DNA of 64,000 nt from the human T2T-CHM13v2.0 reference genome, Homo sapiens. Below the pieces are notes generated by a model that was not told the DNA's origin, made no database searches, and saw only the letters and a list, made by a program, of their open reading frames with translations. The DNA lies in the NCBI RefSeq assembly GCF_009914755.1, contig NC_060941.1; one strand, given 5' to 3'. The position numbers and the translations under genes are program-made. Below, piece after piece: positions 15,721 to 37,919 of the stretch (the first letter of the stretch is position 1; the number at the start of each line of letters is the position of its first letter).

Positions 15721-15949
15721 CAGAGCCCTGAGGCCAAGAGCCCAGCAGTCTGCGAGTGACTGCAGCCCTAAGGGAAGCTACAAACACCCAAGGAAAGAGC
15801 CCTTTGTAACACCCCTGATGTTACTTATGCTTCTACACCTTTGGCAGCCAGGTCCATGCCACTGGGTGCGCAGCAGAGCAGGATGTGCTGTGTGTGTGTT
15901 GCGGGAGAGGCTGGGGGCGGGTAATGTGATGGCATCGGCATCATTCTCC

Positions 15950-16450
<501 letters not shown>

Positions 16451-16501
16451 CCCTAGGTCAAAGGCTTTGATCTGCAGGATTTCTGTGAAAAGACCAGAGG
16501 A

Positions 16502-17017
<516 letters not shown>

Positions 17018-17452
17018 TCAGAGCGTGACCTGAGCAGAAAAGCTACCCGTGGTCTCGATGGCCATAGCCCAAAGGGTCCAATAACAGGCCTCTTTCTTCC
17101 AGTGGAACTAGGTTGTTCACACTGACGGTCGCACCATATACCAAGCACTCCATGGGGAGGAGAAGACAGCCTGGCCACTGGAGGGTGGTCTTTGCCCTTA
17201 AAAGACCCCCAACTTGGAAGAGTCAAATCAGCCATTGCAATTCCACATAAGAGAGTATGTACAGGCACACAGAGACACAATACCCATGTGGCACGGCCCA
17301 TCAACTCATCTTCCAAAATGTCATACCTCTTCCTGCACGCTGCAATAGCCATAAAATGACACAATATCTTAGACTCACTTCAAAATATGATGGAAGAGAA
17401 AAGTGGATGGAGTAGAGATTAAACAAAATTGGCCATGAATTAACCATTCTTA

Positions 17453-17747
<295 letters not shown>

Positions 17748-17793
17748 TTAACCATTGTTGAACCTGGGGAACGGGCACGTAGAGGTTCATTAA

Positions 17794-18131
<338 letters not shown>

Positions 18132-18949
18132 CTTAAATTCTTTATAATGAAAAATAAACAGAAATGTTTACAACGATCCACAAAGTGCCTCTCCTGCCCA
18201 ATCCTTTCTCTCCTTTCTCACTGCTGCTGTGAGGATTCAACCTGCCCATCCCTCATCTAGGTCATGGAGTCACCTCCTTCCACTCCACCCTGTCTAGTCT
18301 GTTCCATGTAGCACCGCCAAGATCAGCCTGCCTAAAGCACAGCACATCACACTCTCCTGCTCAAAAAGCTCCGATAGCTCCCCAGTGCCTTTGGCATAAA
18401 GTTCAAATGCTTCAGCCTGGAATTTGAGTTTTGCTGTGGTATGATTCCAACTAAACGTTCTCAAGTCTGTCTCCCAGGGTTCTCCTCCCTGTGCCCTCTG
18501 GCCAAGCCAGGCTGGACAGCTCGCTGTCCTCCACACAGCCTTCCCTCCCTGCCACTCCTATCTCCCTTATACCATTTCTGCTGAACTGCCCTTCGCCTCC
18601 CAAATCTAAGCCCCACCATCCTGCAAGACCCAGGTTTAATGCATTCTCCTTGGGCACCCCATCTGACCTCATCTCCCACCTGTCCCAGCCCTGGTTACAA
18701 ATCGAGTCTCTATCCTCTAAGGTCCCATAGAACTCCATCTGGATTCTAAGGCACTTGCCTCCTTCTGTCTTATACTGTAGGATCTAACTTCACTGCTATA
18801 TTCGGCATACAGACCCAGGATTAGAATCAAGCTCCTTACTGAGCTTCTTCCCCTCATCCCAGCCAGGATAGCACCTCATATTATAGCATGTCCTCAAGAG
18901 ATGCTTGCATGCAATGCATAGGTAAACTTGATGTGGGAAAGGAAAAGTG

Positions 18950-19145
18950 GGGAAGCAACTAACATTTGTTGAATGCCCAACCTGGGCCACTTTATCTTTA
19001 TATCCTCTTCTTATGTAAAACTCACAACTCTGAGGGGAAGGTATCATTATCCCCATTCTACAGATAAGGAAATTGAGGCTCAGGAAAGCTCTGGAGTGAC
19101 CCAAGGTCCATGGGGCAGTGTGGGACACCAAGCCCAGCTGACTCC
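18950..19145 (-). mobile_element. MIR
   Basis: Core CCCCATTCTACAGATAAGGAAATTGAGGCTCAG. Confidence 0.75.
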
Positions 19146-19313
19146 TGAGATGGTGCCCTTCCTGCATGGGGCATTCAGGGCTCACAGGATGAGACCCAGA
19201 GCCACCTTGATCAGCATTTCTGCATCTCACTTTCTTTAAACCACACCAAGCCCATAAGCGGGAGGGGTGCTAACCCCCAGGAGACAAATCTTACCATTTC
19301 CCCATCTTTCTCA

Positions 19314-19725
<412 letters not shown>

Positions 19726-20303
19726 AATGTTTCCTGAAAGCTAAATACACTGGCTCTGACCTCCACCCCACCCACAGTCCATTCCTATTCTCTCCCATGG
19801 GACCTAAGGTGGCCTGACGCCCCCAGGGCAAAGGGATGGGATATGCAGGAACAGACCAGAACAGTGGCTCCAGAAGCAGTGGCAGGGGGATTTGCAGGCA
19901 GTGAAGGCTGCTTCCCATGCGTCACAGGGCCCTAAGACTGATGCCAACCATCCGCAAAGGAACTGCAAGGCAACAAGATGGTGGGCGGCCCTTTCCAGAG
20001 GAGTCACTGTGGTTTGATCTGGCTAAATGCCCTGCTGGCACCTCCTCCTGGAAGACTGTGGTGGCGGGGGGGCAAGCAGAGGGATCATGGACAGCAGCTT
20101 TGCAGAAAGAATGGAGACGGGCATAAAGTTGTCCACCCCAATGAGTCCTGGATCTCACCTTTGTTTTTCTCCCTCTCCCTCTCTCTCTCTCTCCCTCTCC
20201 CTCTCTCTCATCCTGTTTCTCTTAAAAGGTAATATAGCAGTTGATTGCTAGCCTCAGAATCTGACCACACAGAAGAAAGCCTAGCTTGGCATGTGGGTTC
20301 TCA

Positions 20304-22281
<1,978 letters not shown>

Positions 22282-22799
22282 CTCTCGGCTTCATTCTCCT
22301 CATCCTGAGTCTGGGAATAAATAACACAGTGCTCTCTCCAGGTTACTGTGACCTGGAGTGACGCCTCCAACACCCTGCCTAGCACGTATCCAGGCTCCCT
22401 TGAACGATTATTACCCATCAGCCCTCTTCCTCCTTCACTTATTCGTTCTTCATGGACTCAGCAGACCTTTCTTCAGTGCTTACCCTGTGTCGTGCACTTT
22501 GCTGGAGCCGGGTACAGGGCAGCCAACTCAACAGATGAGGCTCTGCCTTGTCCGCCCTCGCTTGCCTGCCATTTCCTCCCCTGTGCTGGAGGCTGACCAC
22601 CGACACAGCGTGAGGACTGAGCCTCTGAGCCTGGGGCAGCCTGTTCCTTCCTTCCGCAGAGTGCAGATAATAAACCCAGCAGGAACTGGCTCTCAGATTT
22701 GCAGATGGGAACCCAACAGTGACAGTAATAGGCAGTTTATAGACGTGCTATAGAAATATAAGGGGTTTCCTATTGTTATTTGTTCAGGGGATTTTTTAA

Positions 22800-23780
22800 A
22801 TTACCCTCCACCCATCTATGCAGAATTCATCCCCTTCCCTCCACCGCCACCGCTGTCACCTGTACCCAAACAACTCTGCTTCATCATCCTGCCCTAACCA
22901 CCTGATAGGTGTTCCTGATTCCCCCAGTGCCCTCCAAACAGTTCCCACTCTTCACAGCAGCCAAAGTGATGTTTTAAAGACAAAAAATACAGGCTGGGCA
23001 CGGTGGCTCACACCTGTAATCCCAGCACTTTGGAAGGCAAAGGCGAGTGGATCCCTTGAGGTCAGGAGTTCGAGACCAGCCTCGCCAACGGGGTGAAACC
23101 CCATCTCTACTAAAAATACAAAAATTAGCCGGGTATGGTGGCGCATGCCTGTAGTCTCAGCTACTTACGAGGCTGAGGCAGGAGAATCGCTTGAACCTGG
23201 GAGGTGAAGGTTGCAGTCAGTCAAGATCGTGGCACTGCACTCCAGCCCAGGTGACAGAGTATGACTCTGTCTCAAACAAAAAAAAAAAAGACAAAAATAC
23301 AGTCATGCCAGTCTACTATGACAAACCCTCTGAGAGCTCCACACTGCCCTTGATGTAAACGCTGGTGGCTTCAGGAACACCCAGAATCACTCCGAACCCC
23401 TTCCTCACTCTGCTTCATCCAGGCTGATCTGCCTTCTCCTGGAACACCAAGCACACTCCTGCCTCAGGGCCTTTGCACTTGCTGCACCCTCTTTCTGTCT
23501 CCCAAATTTTCATCTGTCTGGGTCCTCTGTTATTTGGATCTCAGCTCCAATGCTACCCTTTCCAAGAGGCCTTCCTGGAATATCCAATCTAATGTAGATC
23601 ATCCAAGCCATTCTTTATTTTCTTCCTGGCACATCTTGATGTCTGGTAATCCTGTTTGTTTGTTTGGTTGGTCTCCCCAAATGCAAGTTCCATGAGAGCA
23701 CTACCACGTCTGCCTTTTGTATTACTGTATCCCCAGTGCATGGTACACAGTAGCTGTTCAAGATTTATTTAAAGAGTAAG
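22800..23780 (+). mobile_element. L2 3' fragments interrupted by an Alu (22992-23290, +)
   Basis: CCTCAGGGCCTTTGCACTTGCTG, CTCAGCTCCAATG, ACTGTATCCCCAGTGC..GTACACAGTAG. Confidence 0.7.
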
Positions 23781-23796
23781 TCAATCTGACACATAA

Positions 23797-24114
<318 letters not shown>

Positions 24115-24320
24115 TAACCAGCCTCTTATGTAAGCACCATCCAGGGCAGCCAACAGCCACCTGGCACCATTTTCTGGGCCTAGTACAAGGAAATGCTGCC
24201 TAGAGGCTTAAAGGAGAAACCAAGTTGCCAATTCAGTCCCTCCTTACCTTTGACTAATGTTCGAATCCAAACCTGCACCACACAGGCTCAAGGGAGGCAC
24301 AACAGTAAAGCTTTCACTGA

Positions 24321-26051
<1,731 letters not shown>

Positions 26052-26108
26052 AGTTTCACTGACTTTACGCACATCTATTGTTAGGAGCAACATTTCTGAT
26101 TTTGTGAT

Positions 26109-26111
<3 letters not shown>

Positions 26112-26139
<28 letters not shown>

Positions 26140-26421
26140 GAGGCAGAGTCTCACTCTGTCACCCAGGCTGGAGTGCAGTGGCACAATCTCTGCTCACTGC
26201 AACCTCCACCTCCTGAGTTCAAGCGATTCTCCCTGCCTCAGCCTACCGAGTAGCTGGGATTACAGATGCACGCCACCACGCCCGGCTAATTTTTGTATTT
26301 TTAGTAGAGACAGGGTTTCGCCATATTGGCCAGGCTGGTCTTGAACTCCTGACCTCAGGTGATCCTCCCACCTTAGCCTCCCAAAGGGCTGGGATTACAG
26401 GCGTGAGCCACCGCGCCTGGA
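26112..26421 (-). mobile_element. Alu (Sx-like)
   Basis: Long poly-T plus consensus. Confidence 0.92.
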
Positions 26422-27189
26422 CTTGTGACAGGTATTGAAAATGCAAAACCAAGCTTGCTTGACTGCCAGCTTAATAAGATATCCAGTTATTACACAAAAA
26501 AAAACCCCACCACTGACAGAATATGAAATCATCTCTGTCTCTGAAATGATAATCGGCATAAATCAGTTTTTCTCATATTTCTACATTTGTTGCTTCAAAC
26601 AAATGGCATCTCATATTAAGCAATTCTGTGGAGGCCATTTTGATACGCTTACGAAGGGAAATTGCTAAACAATTAAGTTCTATTTTGAGGCTATTCTTTC
26701 ACAATTTCATGGATCATGTAAATGATCTGTTCATTCATTCAGTCACTCAGCAAATGTTTACCACACACTCCTGTGTCAGAGGCACGTCTGGATCACTGGG
26801 TACACACCAGGAGGCGAGGCAGATGCAACCGTGGCCTCACGATGCTTCCAGTCTAGAAGCTTCGGAAATTGGATCAATTCTGCATTAGAAACTAAGGCTT
26901 ATTATCAAAGCTATTTTATTATTAAACTGCCTCTCTCCTTTTTTTCTTATTCCTCATAATACATCCATGCCTTCCACTGCTGGAAGCCAGTGAGTCACTC
27001 TAGCTAGTGAGGACAAATCAACAGGAGAGAACAATCGTTCACGCGTTTCAACACAGCCAGGCCCAGGGCCTTCACTTGCAAGTGGGTTGCTGTGAGCAGA
27101 GAGTGTTCCCGATGGGGAGGAGACCAGTTACATATCAATGTAAACTCTGCTGATAAATTGTCAAAAGAGATCTCAGAAGAAAAGGACCT

Positions 27190-27332
27190 AAATCTAAAGT
27201 CTAGGTATTTGTGATTTCTTTCTCATTCTAAAGTAATATTCATTTTCCTACCTAAATTTCTTACTTTTTCTTAAAGAAGACCTTCAAAATTGTATAAGTT
27301 TCAGAATCCACAAAACCTGGATGTGTCCTGGG
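27190..27332 (-). mobile_element. hAT-Tip100-like (ORSL-type) fragment
   Basis: AAAATTGTATAAGTTTCAG..CCACAAAACCTGGAT..CCTG terminus. Confidence 0.5.
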
Positions 27333-27374
27333 TGAATGTTTAGAGATTTAAGAAGGAAAACAAATAACTTCCTC

Positions 27375-28140
27375 TGCTGGGCAGAACCATACCCCCTCCC
27401 TTCCCCTAAAGATGTCCATGTCCTAATCCCTGAAACCCGTGAAAATGTCACCTTACAGGACAAAAGGGTCTTTGCTGATGTGATTGAGCCTCTTGAGATA
27501 GGAGATCATCCTGGATTATCTGGGTGGGCCCACATAATCAGTCACAAGGGTCCTTATAAGGAGAAAGAGGGCTAGGCGAGGTGGCTTAAGTGCGGTAATC
27601 CCAGCACTTTGGGAGGCTAAGGCCAGTGGATCACCTGAGGCCAGGAATTTGGGACCAGCCTGGGCAACATGGTGAACCCTGCCTCTACTAAAAATACAAA
27701 AAAAATTAGATGGGCATGGTAGCATGCACCTGTAGTCCCAGCTGCTTGGGAGGATGAGGCACGAGAATCGCTGGAAACTGGGAGGCAGAGATGGCAGTGA
27801 GCCAAGGTCGCACCACCACGCTCCAGGCTGGGCAACACGCAAGACTCTATCTCAAAAAAAAAAAAAAGAAAGAAAAAGAGGGAGACTGCAGAGTCAGACT
27901 AAGAGGAGGTGATTCAACGACAAGGGAAACAGAGGTTGGAGTGATGCAGCCAAAAGCCAAGGAATGTTGGCTGGACAAGACAAAGAAATGGGCTCTGTCC
28001 TAAGGCCTCCAGAAGGAGTGCAGCCTTGAGACACCTCGATGTTTAGGACTTCTGACCTCCAGAACTATGTAAGATAATAAATTTGTACTGTTTCAAGCTA
28101 CTACGTTTGGGATCAGCTGTTACAGCAGCCGTGAAAAACA
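27375..28140 (+). mobile_element. MLT1D-like MaLR solo LTR with an Alu insertion (27570-27875)
   Basis: AAAGATGTCCATGTCCTAATCCCTGAAACC, GACTTCTGACCTCCAGAACT..GATAATAAATTTG. Confidence 0.82.
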
Positions 28141-28245
28141 CGCTTCCTTTTGTCTGGAAACACCTCATTTCACAGACACCCTTCTCCGGTGATGTTGTGA
28201 ACCACCAGGTTCCATACTGGGTCCTCGTTCACTGTCATGACTAGG

Positions 28246-28555
28246 TAGGACCAACTATATAATTTGCAGGACCTGGTGCAAAATGAAAATAGGAAGCCCC
28301 CGGTTCAAAAAGCAGGGGGGAAAATGCCATTAAAGGAACTAGAATATAAAGCTTTTCCTTTCTTCTATGTCCCTCCCCTGGCAATGTGGAGACTCCATTG
28401 TTTCACTGAACTTTGCTTACAAAACACAAGTTCAAAGATAAAATTATTAGCAATCTCAAGACATGACAGCAGAGCATTAAACAAGCCCAGTTCCTTCTGC
28501 ACATGGGGCCTTGTGTGACCACACAAGCCACAGGTCTATGAAGCCCATCGCATCC
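28246..28555 (-). mobile_element. MER45-family hAT-Tip100 MITE
   Basis: ATAATTTGCAGG..GTGCAAAATGAAAAT; AGCAGAGCATTAAAC; GGGCCTTGTGTGAC. Confidence 0.7.
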
Positions 28556-28975
28556 CTGGGCTGATGTGGCAGGCCCAGAATGAAGCCCACAGTGTCAAAA
28601 TGGGAAAATCAGCCAGGGTTGATTATTCAGAAAAAAAAAAAAAAAGCCACAGAGAGATTCAGAAGTAGAAGTTCTGGATGGAGGGAAAGCAAAATGCAAA
28701 AAAGTGCAATACCCACAGCCAGAACGGGAAGTCCTGATCTAAGCCAGTCCAGGGAGGGAAGCAGCAGAAACCCCAGGAGCCTGGGAATGGGAATTGGACA
28801 TCCTGCCGGGGGAGCCTGGGATTTGAGAAGGAGAAATTTCAATTCCCAATGGAAATGAGAAGCTAGGTAAGAAAGAAGGTAAGACCATCTTCTCAGCAAT
28901 CAGAAACTAGTGGACCACTATCTGGGGTCTCTAAGCTCTCAGGTGTGAGGAATGGTTAATTTTTTTTTTTTAAGT

Positions 28976-29535
<560 letters not shown>

Positions 29536-29540
29536 AATGA

Positions 29541-29887
<347 letters not shown>

Positions 29888-30777
29888 TAAAAAAAGAATT
29901 TAAAAAAATAGATATTGGCTCAAAAGGAAAAAAACTGTAGAAATCTAAATATAATATTTAACTAAATGTCTATAAAACCTTTTAAGTATTGACTTTGGTA
30001 TTCATAAAAAATTTAATTATATTCCCATTGTTGGCTGCTGGGTCATTAAAAAGAGAAAGAAAAAAATTAATTACATTCAAAAAGCAATCTAAGGCTTAGC
30101 TTTTCTGACTTCAAGAGAATTCCTAAGTATGCACAATGATGGCCAAGAAATCGCAGTCAATCGTAAATCAAATATGCTTAGGGGCCAAATACTTTCAAAA
30201 GCAAAATTATAAAAATCTTTCTGATTCTTTCATAAGGAATAAAAGCACTTAATGTGGAATGGGGGAGCATTTTAATATGATTGTTGCAATATGGGATGAG
30301 TCCTCAAAAAGCAGGAGTTTTTTTAGAGGTCTATACAGAGCCTAAAAGGCCCCAGGGAATGGGGAAGGAACGGGATTCCAAGAAACTTAATTCCTCTCTC
30401 AGAGTGGGAGCAGAAACAAAACTCATCCCATGTGAATTAGCTGAGGCTCACGGAGGGCTGATGATAGGGTCAGGGAAAAAGCAGGGTGGGCCTTCCCAGG
30501 GAGGAGGGTGGTCTCTTGCTGTTATCATCACCCCGGGGGATGAGACCAGCAAGCCAGGAGCCTTCAGAGGATGGGATGATGGGAAGGAGAACTCCTGGAA
30601 AAGAGTGAAGAGCACCTCCCATAGATGCAGAGGAGAACAAGGTGGGAGCTGGTCCCTCAACTGTCCACAGTCGAGAGAGACCCCAAGGTTCTCCAGACCC
30701 CATCAGACAGCTCTGGATGGGAACAAGGCCGGGGGTGGAAACGTATGGCCGCTGTGCAAGGTCACTTGAGAAGACCT

Positions 30778-31885
<1,108 letters not shown>

Positions 31886-32251
31886 GACACCCTGACTTTA
31901 CCATTTCTACCACAAGGCCAGCAAGGAAGTCCCCCAAGCACCAGGGACTGCCCTGAGCAAAAGAGTCCATGACATACTCTCCCCCACCCTTCTGCATCAG
32001 GAGGAAGGCTGCACAGGTAGACAGGTGCATGAATCTCCCGACAGCCACGTAGGAGCTCCATTGTCCTGAATGAGCTTACTTTCTATTTTCCCGCCAGCCT
32101 TTCTGCCTGTCTCCTTCATGCCCACCCCTCCACCTCCCATCCCCATCCCCTGCCATGACAAATCACTGGAGGATAACTTATCCTGAAATGCATCATTTTA
32201 AATTTTTCCCAAAAAACTTTTATGGAAGGTGAATTTAAAAATAGTGAAATA

Positions 32252-32555
32252 GGTCAGGCGAGGTGGCTCACACCTGTAATCCCAGTACTTTGGGAAGACA
32301 AGGCGGGCAAATCACTTGAGGTCAGGTGTTCCAGACCACACCCTGGCCAACATGGTGAAACTCCGTCTCTACTAAAAATACAAAAATTAGCTGGGCGTGG
32401 TGGCGTGTGCCTGTAATCCCAGCTACTCAGGAGGCTGAGGCAGGAAGATTGCTTAAGCCCAGGAGGCAGAGTGAGCAAACATCTTGCCACTGCACTCCAG
32501 CCTGGGTGACAGAAAGAGATCCTGTCTCAAAAGAAGCAAACAAACAAACAAAAAT
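32252..32555 (+). mobile_element. Alu
   Basis: Consensus with right-arm deletion; TSD aaaaatagt(g/a)aaat. Confidence 0.88.
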
Positions 32556-32933
32556 AGTAAAATCTCTCTTAGCCGAAAAGCCTTCTCAGAAGCCTGAGTT
32601 CTTGCTCAGCAAAACCTTCGTTTAGGTCTGTGGGTTTGTCAACGACAGCACTCATGTGGGCATTCAGGGAGGTATTCCTCACTTAGGCCGTGGATGCCTC
32701 AGACTCTAGGACCTGCTGGCTTCTTCCCTAGGGCAGCAGCAGCAGCGACAGAAAGGCATAAAGGCAGAAGCACACAGGCATGTGACAAGAGACCAGGGCA
32801 TGGCAGTTTAAGCCCAGATTTTGCCAGTAACTCGCTGGGCAACCTTCTCCTCTCTGGTCCTGAGAAATAGAAGAGTTGGACCAGGGAAGGTCCAAGGTCC
32901 CTTTCTCAGTGAAGGCTCTGAGTTTCTGATTTA

Positions 32934-33383
<450 letters not shown>

Positions 33384-33488
33384 CCACCTCCCTGTGCTAA
33401 TGGGGACTATCTCAACCTCACAGAAAAACAGCCAGAGCTCCTAATTCAGCTTCCAGTCTTGTGACCATGCATCAGTTTGCAGTGAGCT

Positions 33489-34545
33489 TGTTATGGGTTA
33501 CGTTGTGTACCCCCAACCCAAAATTTGTTTGATGAAGTCCTAACCCCCAGTCCCTCTGACTGTGATTATTTGGAGAGAGGATCTTTACAGAGGTAATCAA
33601 ATTAAGGTGAGGTCATTAGGGTAGGCCCTAATCCAATATGACTGGTTTCCTTAAAAAAAAAAAAAAGATGAAATTTGGGGCCTGGCGCAGTGGCTCAAGC
33701 CTGTAATCGCAGCACTTTGGGAGGCCGAGGTGGGCAGATCATGAGATCAGGAGATCGAGACCATCCTGGCTAACACGGTGAAACCACGTCTCTATTAAAA
33801 ATACAAAAAATTAGCCAGGCGTGGTGGTGGGCGCCTGTAGTCCCAGCTACTTTGGGAGGCTGAGGCAGGAGAATGGTGTGAACCCGGGAGGCGGAGGTTG
33901 CAGAGAGCAGAGATTGCACCACTGGACTCCAGCCTGGGTGATAGAGCGAGATTGTGTCTCAAAAAAAAAAAAAAAAAAAAAAAAGAGATGAAATTTGGAC
34001 ACAGATACGCATTAAGAGAAGACAGTATGAAGAGACAGAGGAAGAAAATGGCCATCCACTAGCCAAGGAGAAAAGCCAGGCACGGTAGCTCATACCTGTA
34101 ATTCCAGCACTTTAGGAAGCTGAGGTGGGAGGATCTTTGAGTCCAGGACTTCAAGACCAGCCTGAGCAATATAGCAAGATCCCATCTCTACTAAAAAAAA
34201 AAAAAAATCAAAAAAATTAGCTGGGCGTAGTGGTGCACTCAGGAGGCTGAGGTAGGAGGATCACTTGAGCCTCAGGAGAAGGAGGCTGTAGTGAGCCACG
34301 ATTGTGCCACTGCACTCCAGCCTGAGTGACAGAGTAAGACCCTATTTCAAAAAAAAAAAAAAAAGAGAAGCCTGGACAGATCCTTCCCTCACAGCCCTCA
34401 CAGTCCTCAGGAGGAAGCAACCCCCATGACACCTTGGTTTCTGACTTCTGGCCTCCTGAATCACATGAGAGACAATAAATTGTCCGTTGTCTAAGTCACC
34501 TTGCCTATAGCACTTCGCTAAGGCAACCCTAGCAAACTAATCCAA
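33489..34545 (+). mobile_element. MLT1A-like MaLR solo LTR with two Alus (33678-33984, 34074-34363)
   Basis: TGTTATGGGTT..GAAGTCCTAACCCCCAGT; CCCTAATCCAATATGACTGGT; ends GCAAACTAATCCA. Confidence 0.85.
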
Positions 34546-34819
34546 TGCTAAAGGTCACTGTCACTTCCACCGGGGAATTTAGTGCTGGGAAGAACCTCCA
34601 AGAGCATCTGGTCCAAGCCCCTCACTTCACAGATGGAAGCACCCAGATCTCGCCTTGGCCCCATTCTCCCACGTTCCACACACTGGTGAGCCCCTAATCA
34701 CCCTAGGCTGTCAGATTTGAGTCGTAGCTTTGCAGCTCAACCACGAAAATGATTATTATAAGCAAAACTACAGGGAAACAAGTCAGAATACCAAAGCTAA
34801 TAAAAATGCTTCAAGGACA

Positions 34820-35246
<427 letters not shown>

Positions 35247-36819
35247 TTAAAATAATATGTCACTGAGACTTTACAGACTCACATTGGTCTTTTACCTAAA
35301 GTCATCCTAATCAGCAAGGCTTCACCACATACTCAGGAAACCTCAGTCGGACCCTGTAACAGATAATAACCCACACAGAAAGCCTCACACATTAAAGGCA
35401 CTCAAAAAATCATTTGTCTAATTAAATGATGGCACCCTACAAATTGCCCTGTGCCTTCCACTCCCACTAGAGTAGGTTGGGTGTTGACCCATCAATACGA
35501 TTTCCCAGGAACTTGCTTAATAAAACTATTCAAAATATAAGGGGAAAAAAGATACTGATCATCTTAATGCTCAACAAAAGGTTAAATAAACTACAGAGCA
35601 TAAGTGCAGTGGAATTTTATGCCATTTGCTAAATGATAAACATCATAGGACTATAGGAAATATTTATGATATCAAGCTTGTGAAAAAAGCAGGATTCAAA
35701 AATATATGCTACTTGTCCTTGCAATGGTAAAAAAAAAAAAAAAAAGTAATATGCAAATCACAGAAGACTGGCAGATAATTCCTAATAATTTAAAGTAGTT
35801 GGGGCATTCGGTGATAAGAGCATAGGTTTTCCTCCTCTTTCTGTAATGTTATCTTCCTTTTATAATTTAAATATATTTTAATAAGGTATAAAAAAAGGTT
35901 GCATACAGAAAGTAAGGCTCATTGAGCTTAAACAATAAGACCTAAAGTAGGTATCAAAACACAGTCACGAAACCCAGGGCTCCTAATTTTCAACACAAGA
36001 CTCTCAAACAATAAAATAAACCCTGTGTTTATATCCACGGCCACCTAGATGTTTAAAACACCCAACTCTTTGGAAAGCCAGTTGCAATTGAAAGTTTCCA
36101 CGATTTGTTTTAATCCATCGTTTCCCAAGAATTTTCTTCACCTCATTAGCTCTTCAACAGGCCAGCTGCAGAATGAGGTTGTCTCCATGTGATGAGAACC
36201 AAAGGCCTAAGGAAGCTTTCTCCCTTCCTCCCTCCTACCCTTCTTCCTACAAGCACAGGGTCCTCCTCCAAGCCCCTGGGGCCTGCCTTCACCACCATGC
36301 CAGCCTCTCACTCTGCGATTCATGTCTCTTCCCTATCAGTTTCACAGGCAGATGGTTGGCGAGGCCTGGGCTTTGACAGAACATCTGAACCATGCGGGGC
36401 CTACAGACCCGTGGACTTTCACCACCCACCAGAGACTCCATCCCTCTGCCTTCCTAAATGCTACCTGGATGCTCCCAGGAAACCATAGGTTCAGGGCAAA
36501 GTGTCTAAGCCAAAGGCTCCGTTTTCCCTCCCTACAGCCCCAGAAAAGGATAGAAAGTGGGACTTTCCACAGGGCCCCTGACATGTACCCAAAGCTGCCA
36601 TCAGGGAGCCACCTGGCACTTGGACATTAGAATGTTGTCTGCCAAGGTGCCTGCTTCTGAGGTTGAGAAGGCTATGCTAAGTTCTTCCAGAATTTTCTAT
36701 AGCCATAGTGGGCAAGTACCTTCTAGTCCATTTTAATACCAAAATTCATTTTGTATTAATTTTAACAAGCATTGATTACCTAGCATGTAGGCCAGCTATT
36801 ATTATTGCTCTAACTCCAC

Positions 36820-37499
36820 TGCTATGGTTTTAATATCCCCTCCAAAACTCATGTTGTAACTTAATCCCCAATGTACCAGTATTGAGAAGTGGGGCCTTTA
36901 AAAGTTGATTGGGGCTGGGCATGGTGGCTCATGCTTATAATTCCAGCACTTTGGGAGGCCAAGGCAGAAGGATTGCTTCAGCCCAGGAATTTGAAACCAG
37001 TCTGAGCAACATGGCAAAACCCTGTGTCTACAAAAAATACAAAAATTTGTCGGGCATGGTGGCACGCGCCTGTAGTTCCAGCTACTTGGGAGGCTGAGAT
37101 TGGATGATGGCTTGAGCCCAGGAGGTTGAGGCTACAGCGAGCCAAGATCGTGCCACTGCATGCCAGCCTGGGCACAGAATGAGACCCTATCTCAACAAAA
37201 AACAAAAAGTTGACTGGATCATGAGGGATTCATAGATTAATGGGTTATCATGGGAGGGGAACTGGTGGTTTTATGAGAAGAGGAAGAGATTTGAGCTAGC
37301 ACACCCAGCCCCCAGCCATTTAATACCCTGCTCCACTTCAAGACTCTGCAGAGTCCCCACCAGCAAGAAGGCCCTCACCAGGTGCAGCCCCTTGACCTTG
37401 GTTTTCTCAGCCTCCGTAACTATAAGGAATAAATTTCTTTTCTTTATAAATTACTCAGTTTCTGGTACTGTTATAAGCAACAGAAAACAAACTAATACA
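36820..37499 (+). mobile_element. MSTB/MSTD-like MaLR solo LTR with an AluJ (36913-37208)
   Basis: TGCTATGGTTT..CCCCTCCAAAACTCATGTTG; ends ACTAATACA. Confidence 0.85.
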
Positions 37500-37919
37500 C
37501 CCCTCAAAAAATGGTTAGTCAAGTAAATTGTATTAGCAAATAATTCATTCTTTTCCCCATCTTATATTTATCAAAAACACTGATATAGCTACCAGAGCTT
37601 CAGATCAGTATGAAATACCAGGGCTCCAAAACTGCGAGGCTGTCACTCCAGCCAAAAGTAAAGAAACCGAATTATCATTTGCCTTTGCTTCATTCAGCAT
37701 TTGGAAATATTAATAATTGATCGATGTGATGCCAGCAGCCCCATCAAGCTTAGGAACCCAAAGTTGGAAGTCACTGCTGCAGGGGGTAAAGAATAAATGA
37801 CACACACTGTCCTTGGCTTTGAGAAACAAGGAAAACAATAATGTAAATATGTCCTCGCAAAACAGTTAACTACATAAGCAGCTCCCAATCCTTGTCCATT
37901 GCTGTTCTAACATACATAC

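Noticed and set aside
30281-30769. 162-aa plus-strand ORF
   Set aside because: TTG start, no homology or splice support.
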